The notes under the pieces were generated by a model that was not told where the DNA came from, did no database searches, and saw only the letters and a list, made by a program, of their open reading frames with translations. A program made the position numbers and the translations under genes. From Copranaerobaculum intestinale (GTDB taxonomy: Bacteria; Bacillota_I; Bacilli_A; Erysipelotrichales; Erysipelotrichaceae), in assembly GCF_009831105.1 (NCBI RefSeq), contig NZ_WUUQ01000001.1, forward strand, positions 570,001-602,000: a stretch of 32,000 nt of DNA, read 5' to 3'. Below, one piece after another: positions 23,462-30,753 of this stretch; positions within the stretch are counted from its first letter, which is position 1; each line of letters starts with the position of its first letter.

Positions 23462-23556
23462 CTATTCTTTTTCGTTTTCTAATTGAATGATTCGCTCAAT
23501 TTTAACACATTCTAAATATACAGCATGAAGTATAAACTCATGCTAGGTGATTTAAA

Positions 23557-23916
23557 ATGAGAAAAGCAAAAGAAACACAAACTTTTGATTTCAGACCTTT
23601 AGGACTGGCAATCAGAGAAGCCCGTGAGAGAGCAGGGCTTTCTCGTAATGATTTAGGCGATAAAGTGTTCTATGGAGAACGCCATATCGCAGATATTGAA
23701 AATGTTGGTTCACACCCTAGTTTTCAATTATTCCATGATTTAGTTACCATGTTCAATATATCGGTCGATGAATATTTCTATCCAGCAGAGAACGTCGTAA
23801 AAAGTACAGCTCGCCGTCAGATAGAAACCTCTCTTGATTTATTGAGTGATAACGAATTAAAAATCATTCAAGGTACGATTGACGGTATCTTGAACAGCAG
23901 GGAGAGCAAGAAGTAA
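23557..23916 (+). CDS. Tn916 Orf9-like XRE-family HTH regulator, 119 aa
   Basis: FDFRPLGLAIREARERAGLSRNDLGDKV...IENVGSHPSFQLFHDLVTMFNISVDEYFYP parallels Tn916 Orf9 (FGLAIKEARLKRGLTREQVG...IENKGQHPSIQVLYDLV). AGGTGA RBS. It is on the opposite strand to the rest of the ICE, as in Tn916. Confidence 0.8.
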   Translation: MRKAKETQTFDFRPLGLAIREARERAGLSRNDLGDKVFYGERHIADIENVGSHPSFQLFHDLVTMFNISVDEYFYPAENVVKSTARRQIETSLDLLSDNELKIIQGTIDGILNSRESKK

Positions 23917-23940
23917 TCAGCTTCTTGTTTTCCCTTTTTG
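23907..23940 (+). terminator. Rho-independent terminator of the orf9-like gene
   Basis: CAAGAAG (23907-23913) pairs with CTTCTTG (23921-23927). The loop contains the TAA stop, followed by TTTTCCCTTTTT. Confidence 0.6.
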
Positions 23941-24023
23941 CTATTCTGCATTATCTATTTGCTGATCTGCTCCGCAGGTAACAAATAAGAGCCAACAATC
24001 TATAAGTCATAATAACCTACAAA

Positions 24024-24212
24024 TTATCGGCTCTGCGTCTTTGCGTCTGGCTCTTTGATAATAGTTACTTTTCCATGCTTTATATTGATTAAAGTTTCCG
24101 TTTTGCACTTCGGACAGAACAAAGGAAAATTTATCAGTTCTGTATCTTCTCGCACTTTAGTTCGTGTCTTATTATTGCAAATAGGACATAATACCCATAA
24201 TTGCTTATCCAT
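24024..24212 (-). CDS. Cysteine-rich KTR domain protein, 62 aa
   Basis: CPICNNKTR...FPLFCPKCKTETLINI...IKEPDAKTQSR is the Cys_rich_KTR pattern common in Tn916-like elements. Confidence 0.85.
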   Translation of the reverse strand: MDKQLWVLCPICNNKTRTKVREDTELINFPLFCPKCKTETLINIKHGKVTIIKEPDAKTQSR

Positions 24213-24416
24213 AGCCCCCCCTTATTCTTTTAAGAAATTTAATTTTTGCTTTTTCGTAGTGATATAAACATATTTTTTCGGCGTAAAATGTCTATTTCCA
24301 AAATACCTTTTGAAATTTGCTTGCATCTCTGGGTATGTACTATTCATAAATTCTTCAATATCCGCTCGGACGTTAGCAAACAATAAACCCTCAGTCTATA
24401 TGCAGATTTTAATCAT

Positions 24417-24608
24417 TTATTTTATTGATTTAAAATTTTCAATATATAAGGAAACTTCGCCACATTTTGGACAAACTGCAACTTTAGGTTTTTCTACCGT
24501 AGTTCCAAAAACGCCTTTAGTAGTTATTCTAATACCATATCCCTGCATATCAACTTTAACATCTAAATTTTCGACCATTTCTTCATGACATCTAAGACAT
24601 TTTCTCAT
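24417..24608 (-). CDS. Small zinc-ribbon protein (CxxC...CxxC), 63 aa, last gene of the ABC operon
   Basis: CLRC at residues 4-7 and CPKC at residues 46-49. GTGAGGT RBS, 12 nt after the permease stop. Confidence 0.6.
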   Translation of the reverse strand: MRKCLRCHEEMVENLDVKVDMQGYGIRITTKGVFGTTVEKPKVAVCPKCGEVSLYIENFKSIK

Positions 24609-24620
24609 AACAATACCTCA

Positions 24621-25265
24621 CTAATTGTATTTTCTAGTAAAAAATGCTTTTGATAGAAGATAAGAACTGAAAGCAAGAGCTATAACTATTATAAAAGCTA
24701 TGCCGATACTCAATTCAAAATTATCGACTACAAACCATAAAATAGAATTGTTAGTCACATTTGTCCAAACTGCCAATACAACAAGAATAATCACTAGAGT
24801 AAACATAACCGCAAAACCTGCATTAACTCCAAGTGAATAATTTGAAGGCAATACAAATGACAAAAATACTAAGGTTACGGCAAAAGAAGCACAAGCAATA
24901 AACATATAATAACCAAATGCAAATTGAGGGAATATAAAATATGTTATGGTATTAACAAGCAAAGCTACCCCAAAGCCAATACAAGTCATAATCAAAGCAA
25001 CTATATATCTGCTTTTTACAATCGTAGTTTTTGAAACGGGTAGTGCAACAACATATTTCCCCCATTTCCATTGTTCGTCGCAAGTCGTTAAGGAAATTAT
25101 CATTGTCATTATTTCAACTGGAATTAACAATAAACTAATGTAAATAGCTCCTGTCCCTTTTAAAAATAACATCAAAGCTACTATAATGAATATATCCATA
25201 ATAATTCTAGTAATTCCATATTTTTTCTGAATTACTAATAAATCTTTCATCAATAAGCCTTTCAT
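24621..25265 (-). CDS. ABC-2 type transporter permease, 214 aa
   Basis: Six hydrophobic helices and the MKGLLMKDLL N-terminus typical of ABC2_membrane_5-like proteins. ATGA overlap with the ATPase gene. Confidence 0.8.
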   Translation of the reverse strand: MKGLLMKDLLVIQKKYGITRIIMDIFIIVALMLFLKGTGAIYISLLLIPVEIMTMIISLTTCDEQWKWGKYVVALPVSKTTIVKSRYIVALIMTCIGFGVALLVNTITYFIFPQFAFGYYMFIACASFAVTLVFLSFVLPSNYSLGVNAGFAVMFTLVIILVVLAVWTNVTNNSILWFVVDNFELSIGIAFIIVIALAFSSYLLSKAFFTRKYN

Positions 25266-26125
25266 TGTAATTCCCCCTTTACGTAAAACAACATAATATT
25301 TTCAATAGTAGCAGGTTCTACAAGTGCTTTTGGAAAATCTTTTGCAATCTTGTTTCTATCACGAACAAGAACCTTATATTGATAATCTTCTTTTTGATAG
25401 GAAATAATTTCTGTCTTATCTAGCGTATCAAAGACACTTGCTCCACAACTTACAACACCATAGTTATCAATTAAGTCGTCTTTTAATGAGCAGAAAACTA
25501 ACCGTCCTTTATGAATAAAAGTAATATAATCTGCTATTTTTTCTAAATCACTTGTAATATGTGATGAAAACAAAATAGAGTAATTTTCATCTTGCACAAA
25601 ATCAATCAGTATATCAAGAATATCATCTCGAATAATAGGGTCCAATCCACTTGTTGCTTCATCTAATATAAGTAATTCTGCTTTATGTGAAAGAGCAACA
25701 GCGAATGCAAGTTTTACTTTCATTCCTTTAGAAAAATCTTTAATTTTCTTCTTTGCTGGTAATTCGAACTGTTTCAAATAATTACGAAATGCTATACTGT
25801 CCCAATTGGTATATATTCCCGACATATATTTTTCAATTTCTTTTGGTGTAAAAATATCTGGAAAGTGGTTTTCGTCAAATACAATTCCGATTTTATCTTT
25901 TATTTCACATTCATCAATTATGTGGTCTTTTCCAAAAATCAAAATGTTTCCACTGTTTTTCTTAATTTCGTTCAAAATACAATTTACTGTGGTCGATTTT
26001 CCAGCTCCATTTTCGCCAATAAGCCCCATAATTACACCTCTAGGAATGGAAAAACTTAAGTCATTTAATACAAAATCGCCATAATCTTTTGTAAGGTTTT
26101 TAACTTCTAAAATATTTTCAGCCAT
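25262..26125 (-). CDS. ABC transporter ATP-binding protein, 287 aa
   Basis: Walker A GENGAGKST, signature FSKGMKVKLAFA (degenerate LSGGQ), Walker B LLILDEATSGLD, H-loop SSHIT. Confidence 0.9.
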   Translation of the reverse strand: MAENILEVKNLTKDYGDFVLNDLSFSIPRGVIMGLIGENGAGKSTTVNCILNEIKKNSGNILIFGKDHIIDECEIKDKIGIVFDENHFPDIFTPKEIEKYMSGIYTNWDSIAFRNYLKQFELPAKKKIKDFSKGMKVKLAFAVALSHKAELLILDEATSGLDPIIRDDILDILIDFVQDENYSILFSSHITSDLEKIADYITFIHKGRLVFCSLKDDLIDNYGVVSCGASVFDTLDKTEIISYQKEDYQYKVLVRDRNKIAKDFPKALVEPATIENIMLFYVKGELQ

Positions 26126-26503
26126 TTACTCGTCCTCCTCATATAATAATTTTAATAATCCAATCAATTTATCAAGGTTTATGCCACTTGCACGGGCTAT
26201 TTCAATAGCTTCTACAAATCTATCTTCGATTTTTTTCTGTTGTTCTTCTATATAAAAATCTTGATTTTGAGCAGATACAAAACACCCTTTGCCTGCTGTT
26301 GTTTCGATAAAACCGTCTTTTTGAAGCACATCATAAGATTTTTGAACAGTCAATACACTTATATGCAATGATTTTGCAAGTCCTCTTATTGATGGTAGAG
26401 CTTCGCCAGCCTTTAATTCCCCATTTATAATCAATGCTTTTATTTGCGAAGAAATTTGTTCATAAATAGGTATGCTTGCATGATTATTGATAAAGATTTC
26501 CAT
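26126..26503 (-). CDS. GntR-family (YtrA-subfamily) transcriptional regulator, 125 aa
   Basis: PIYEQISSQIKALIINGELKAGEALPSIRGLAKSLHISVLTVQKSYDVLQKDGFI winged-HTH with a short C-terminal domain typical of YtrA. Its stop abuts the ATPase ATG. Confidence 0.9.
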   Translation of the reverse strand: MEIFINNHASIPIYEQISSQIKALIINGELKAGEALPSIRGLAKSLHISVLTVQKSYDVLQKDGFIETTAGKGCFVSAQNQDFYIEEQQKKIEDRFVEAIEIARASGINLDKLIGLLKLLYEEDE

Positions 26504-26526
26504 TTAAACACCGCCTTGTTCTATAC

Positions 26527-26575
26527 TGTATAGCTTATACAAGTACAGCATAATACTTAAAAATACAGTTGTCAA
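26527..26575 (-). promoter_or_regulatory. Sigma-A promoter plus palindromic operator of the GntR-ABC operon
   Basis: On the minus strand: TTGACA (26570-26575), 17-nt spacer, TATGCT (26547-26552). The perfect 6-3-6 palindrome TGTATA-AGC-TATACA (26527-26541) follows just downstream of the -10. Confidence 0.55.
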
Positions 26576-26577
26576 TA

Positions 26578-26620
26578 TTAAAAGGCTTGCAGAGCATAAA
26601 AATATGATACAAGCCTTTTA
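26578..26620 (-). terminator. Rho-independent terminator after the orf13-like gene
   Basis: AAGGCTTG (26582-26589) pairs with CAAGCCTT (26610-26617). TTTTAAT follows on the minus strand. Confidence 0.55.
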
Positions 26621-26623
26621 CAA

Positions 26624-27535
26624 TTATCCTACAATCTTCCAGTTACTATCCTTATGTAGCACAAGCTCATACTGCGATACTTGCGTTGCCTTTGTCTGAT
26701 TATCAAGGAATTTTACAGCAACCTTAACTTTTACATTCTCCCCGTCTTTTGTAAAGATAGGGTTTACCAGTTCAGAATAAAGGTAGTCCCTGCCGATAGG
26801 TTCAAGCACATTCCCCGACACATAATAAGCAAGTTCGTTTTCTGTGGCTGTTGGGTACAACTTAAAGAATGTTTCCAGAAATGCGGTAGCGTCATTTGCA
26901 GTATCAGCGTCTACACTTGCGTCTGTTTCTGGTGTCTTTGGATCATAGTCTGATTTTTCGATTGCTGGTGCAAGAGTAGGGTTCTGAACGATTACCATAT
27001 CCCCGTCAGCGTCTACATGAACTTTTACAGTATAGGTTGCTTTCACATTGCTTGTCTGTTCGCCCTCTTTTATCTGCTGATCTACTTCGTAGGTAGCAGA
27101 AAAAGTATCCGTTCCCGATTGCTCGATATGCCATACAATCACATCTGTAACTGTGGAGCTGGTCGGTATGTCGGTTCTAATGGTATCTATATTCAAGTCC
27201 TGCAATTCCTTTGTCAGATAACCGCTGATTGCCTGCGTCCTTGCTTCAATCGCTTCTTTGCTGTTATTCCATGTGTAATATGACTTCGCAAAGTTCTTCA
27301 CGAAATTTTCTATCCCGTTGGTGTCCTGCAAGCGAAGCTCAATGATTTCTTTTTCATGGGTGGTGTGCTGGTCGATAGCGGTAAAATTCTTATACACCCC
27401 GAAGCTCACGCTTGCGATAAGCACCACCCACAAGGCAATCACAGTTTTCTTATGTGTGCCTACCTTGACAGTACGCACCTTTTTTTCTTTTGGTTCTTTG
27501 ATAGTTTCTGTCTGTTTCTTATTTTTCTTAAACAT
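26624..27535 (-). CDS. Tn916 Orf13-like conjugal transfer protein (TcpC-like, single N-terminal TM)
   Basis: 303 aa. Basic N-terminus and TM helix (VIALWVVLIASVSFGVY), then a soluble domain. Its position after the orf14-like gene matches Tn916. Confidence 0.8.
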   Translation of the reverse strand: MFKKNKKQTETIKEPKEKKVRTVKVGTHKKTVIALWVVLIASVSFGVYKNFTAIDQHTTHEKEIIELRLQDTNGIENFVKNFAKSYYTWNNSKEAIEARTQAISGYLTKELQDLNIDTIRTDIPTSSTVTDVIVWHIEQSGTDTFSATYEVDQQIKEGEQTSNVKATYTVKVHVDADGDMVIVQNPTLAPAIEKSDYDPKTPETDASVDADTANDATAFLETFFKLYPTATENELAYYVSGNVLEPIGRDYLYSELVNPIFTKDGENVKVKVAVKFLDNQTKATQVSQYELVLHKDSNWKIVG

Positions 27536-27550
27536 ATCTTCAAGTCCTTT

Positions 27551-28558
27551 CTATTGTTTTACTCGTCCTGCACCGATTAAGTGCTGTTGCCAGTAACTAC
27601 TGCTTAGGTCTGCAAATCCTATCGGGTCGCCTGCATGGTACATCTGGTTATTTCCTACATAAATGCCGACGTGGGTTACATACGAACCAGCGTTATAGGT
27701 AGAATGGAAAAATACCAAGTCCCCAGCCTTTGCCTGCGAGAGTGGGAGATGTTGGGTAGCATCATACTGTGCTTGTGCCGTTCTCGGTAAGGAGATACCA
27801 GCTTTTCCATAACACCATTGTGTCAGTCCCGAACAGTCAAAGGAAGTGTTGGGATTACTACCACCATAGACGTACTTCCAGCCTTGATACTTCAACGCTT
27901 CATTCATTACCTTTTGTGCCAGCTCTCCCGACACCTGCGGAACAGTTAAATACTGATTGACTAATTCCACATAGAACATATTTCCATAGCTATACCGCCA
28001 GCCTCCATTCTTCGCAACAGCTATTGGATTGGTGTATGTTACTTTCTTTCCACCCGATTTTTCACGGGCAAAGCTCTCTGCAAGGTTGAAAGTGTGTTTA
28101 TTTCCTTTTCCTGCCACATATCCCACATAACCACCGCCATAGTTATAAGACTGTATCGCTACATTCAAATCGTCCATACCTTGATTTTTGCAGGACGAAA
28201 GCAGGGACGCAAAATATTTACACCCCTGCTTGATTGAACTTTCTGTATCTAATGAATTGGGCGGTAGTCCCAGACTTTCAGAGCTTTGCATAACGTCCTC
28301 GGCTGTACCGCCACTTTCCACTTGTATGATTGCCAGCAACACATTGACATACTCGGAAATGCCGTATTCTCTGGCGTACTTTTCCACCATAGGCTGATGT
28401 TTCAAGACTTCTGCGGATAAGTTCATACCCGTAATGCCAGAAGAAAAGTTGCTGTTCTCGTCGTCGCTGTCCGCACTAATCAACACCCCAAAGAAAAGCA
28501 CCAGTGAAAAGAGGATAGGAAACAGACTGCCGATAATAGCAATATGTTTCAGTTTCAT
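27551..28558 (-). CDS. Tn916 Orf14/CwlT-like bifunctional cell-wall hydrolase (lysozyme-like plus NlpC/P60)
   Basis: N-terminal TM. The IIQVESGG block fits a muramidase/transglycosylase domain. The C-terminal FDCSGLTQWCY...THVGIYVG block fits an NlpC/P60 Cys-His. Confidence 0.9.
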   Translation of the reverse strand: MKLKHIAIIGSLFPILFSLVLFFGVLISADSDDENSNFSSGITGMNLSAEVLKHQPMVEKYAREYGISEYVNVLLAIIQVESGGTAEDVMQSSESLGLPPNSLDTESSIKQGCKYFASLLSSCKNQGMDDLNVAIQSYNYGGGYVGYVAGKGNKHTFNLAESFAREKSGGKKVTYTNPIAVAKNGGWRYSYGNMFYVELVNQYLTVPQVSGELAQKVMNEALKYQGWKYVYGGSNPNTSFDCSGLTQWCYGKAGISLPRTAQAQYDATQHLPLSQAKAGDLVFFHSTYNAGSYVTHVGIYVGNNQMYHAGDPIGFADLSSSYWQQHLIGAGRVKQ

Positions 28559-30753
28559 TTTTTCTTCTGTCCTTTCTTCATTACAAGGTTACGGGTTTTC
28601 TCTGTGGTCTGCTGGTTTTTCTGGACGCTTTGCGTCTGCTGAACTTTTGTCCTGCGGTCTTTGGTGTCATTCTGGCGTGTTTCCTGCGATACCACTTTTT
28701 CTACATTCTGCCTATGTACTGGCTGTGTAGGCTGGCTCGTTTTCCTATCAGAAGTACCCGAAGATAAGGGACGCTCTTTGATAACCGTTGTCTTGACTGG
28801 CTCATTTGTTTTTGAAGTCGTCGCTGTGGCAGGGCGTTTGACTTCCTGCGTTTTTTCAGCACTCGGCTTTGGAATGGTTGAAGCTGTGGCTGGTCGCTCA
28901 TGGGGACGGGTAGCTCCCGTTGTCGCTGATCCGTCAGCCTTTCGCTGTGCCTGCCTTGCTTCTTGTGCCTTTTGAAGCTCCATACGCTTATCGGCGATAT
29001 TCTGCCTATGCTGTTCCCGTTTTTCCATACGTCCCGACTGTCTGGACTGCTGTTCCTGCACCATGCCACGCTTGAAGTCGGACACGCTGGACTTTGCCTT
29101 TTCCTTTGCGGAGTGGACGGCATAAGCGGTCTGTGTCGGCATATCCTTGATATTCTCTTTGACAGCACTTGCCTTATCTTTCACTTTATTTTTTGTATCT
29201 AAGACAGCACCCACCTTTGAACCTACACGCTGTCCCATGCTGGAAGATGTATTACCCCGACTATCTTTTGTAGCTGTGTTCCTTGTCGCTTTTCTGTTTG
29301 AAATCGTGCTACCAGCCACCGCACCAGCAACACCACCAGCAGTAACCGCACCAGCAAGCCGTCTTTCCATACGTCTAGCCCTATGTGCCAAGTATAGATA
29401 TGGTCTGCGGAAAATTCTTCGTCCCATGCTTTGACTATCATTAGCGTTCAAAGAGAACATACTCATTAAGTCACCCAGCTTCATGTAGATACCAGCGAAA
29501 CACACTATCTGTAAGAACGCCACCATGAAAAACGGATAGTCCGTGGATATGTTATAAAACATACTGGAAATGCTGAACGCCACCGTTACAATGAGCGTTA
29601 TTCCTGCTCGTGTCATTATGGTATTAAACACCCTCACGATTGCCTGCTTTGCCATGCTTTCATAGCTCGGTATCATGGAAAGTAAAAAGCTGATAGGCAG
29701 AAACATAGCAAAGATAATAAAAAGTATCTGGCTGAATAACATCATGCCCGTAAGCAAGAATACAAATATCGTTATCCCTAAGTTGAAGAACAGTAGGAAG
29801 AACACCATACCTAAACGGTTCACGACCTGCGGTATCGTCAGATTGTTGTTGTCGTTGTCCTCGATTTCTGTTTTCACGACTTCCTCTCTGGTCTTTCCGT
29901 CCTCGTCCTCTGGGCTTGCCGATACCAGAGCTTCTACACGGTCTGCCCCGATTTCTTCTGCGTTGCTGTTCCCGAATTGTAAGAGTAACCACGGCTGTTC
30001 CACTTGAATAGAAAATAGGCTGTCCCTTATCAAGTCCACGCTGTCCTTGCCCTTGCTGTCAGAGTTTGGGAGCATGATTTTTGTTCCCAAGTCCAACGAA
30101 GCGGTACTAATATCACTTGAAAATTCATTTATCTTTTTGATGTAGTCGGGAGCGTAGGCAATAAACGAAGCGGACAGCACGAACACCACCACAAAGTTAA
30201 TAACGGCATGAAGTGCCTTGCTGGTTTCCCGTTTTATCAGTCCCGTATAGGCAACATACATTCCCACCACTAAGATAATGAGAAGCAGGAAACCAACATA
30301 GAAGCCCGTAGAAGAAAAACCGTTCTGTGTTACGCCTGCAAGGGTCTGTATGCTCTTTCCGATACTGTCTGCCATATCGTTGATGAAGTCCAGCTTATAG
30401 GCTTCCTGCACCACATAACCCGTTGCATTGCTTAAATAAAGGCTTATCGTCCAGACAAAGTTGGTAATGCAGTAAAGCCCGTACTGTACCGATTTTCCGA
30501 TACCGTCCAGCCAGTTCCACGGAAGCCACGACCAGCTATTATCGACGAAAAAATCAAGCTGGTAGTTGGAAAGCGGATATTTAGAATAAAGATTTTCTGC
30601 GTTTATGGTATCGTCCACAAGCCCCGTCGCATGAGCCACCGTCCCCAGAAGTGAAAGCAGGATAAGGGAAAGTGCCACGACAAACAGAGCCATTTTGAGA
30701 AAGTGGAAAATCTTCTTTTTTGTGAACGCACCTTTTATCCTTTCTTTCATCAC
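28555..30753 (-). CDS. Tn916 Orf15-like polytopic conjugation membrane protein (VirB6/TrbL-type) with a long low-complexity tail
   Basis: 732 aa. It has multiple TM helices in the first 440 aa, then a basic K/Q/T/S/R-rich tail. ATGA overlaps with both neighbouring genes. Confidence 0.8.
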   Translation of the reverse strand: MMKERIKGAFTKKKIFHFLKMALFVVALSLILLSLLGTVAHATGLVDDTINAENLYSKYPLSNYQLDFFVDNSWSWLPWNWLDGIGKSVQYGLYCITNFVWTISLYLSNATGYVVQEAYKLDFINDMADSIGKSIQTLAGVTQNGFSSTGFYVGFLLLIILVVGMYVAYTGLIKRETSKALHAVINFVVVFVLSASFIAYAPDYIKKINEFSSDISTASLDLGTKIMLPNSDSKGKDSVDLIRDSLFSIQVEQPWLLLQFGNSNAEEIGADRVEALVSASPEDEDGKTREEVVKTEIEDNDNNNLTIPQVVNRLGMVFFLLFFNLGITIFVFLLTGMMLFSQILFIIFAMFLPISFLLSMIPSYESMAKQAIVRVFNTIMTRAGITLIVTVAFSISSMFYNISTDYPFFMVAFLQIVCFAGIYMKLGDLMSMFSLNANDSQSMGRRIFRRPYLYLAHRARRMERRLAGAVTAGGVAGAVAGSTISNRKATRNTATKDSRGNTSSSMGQRVGSKVGAVLDTKNKVKDKASAVKENIKDMPTQTAYAVHSAKEKAKSSVSDFKRGMVQEQQSRQSGRMEKREQHRQNIADKRMELQKAQEARQAQRKADGSATTGATRPHERPATASTIPKPSAEKTQEVKRPATATTSKTNEPVKTTVIKERPLSSGTSDRKTSQPTQPVHRQNVEKVVSQETRQNDTKDRRTKVQQTQSVQKNQQTTEKTRNLVMKKGQKKK

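Noticed and set aside
28661-29434. Several alternative-frame ORFs (79-155 aa) on both strands within the orf15 tail
   Set aside because: They are artefacts of the GC-richer low-complexity coding segment. The orf15 frame is continuous with the TM domain and is translationally coupled to both neighbouring genes.
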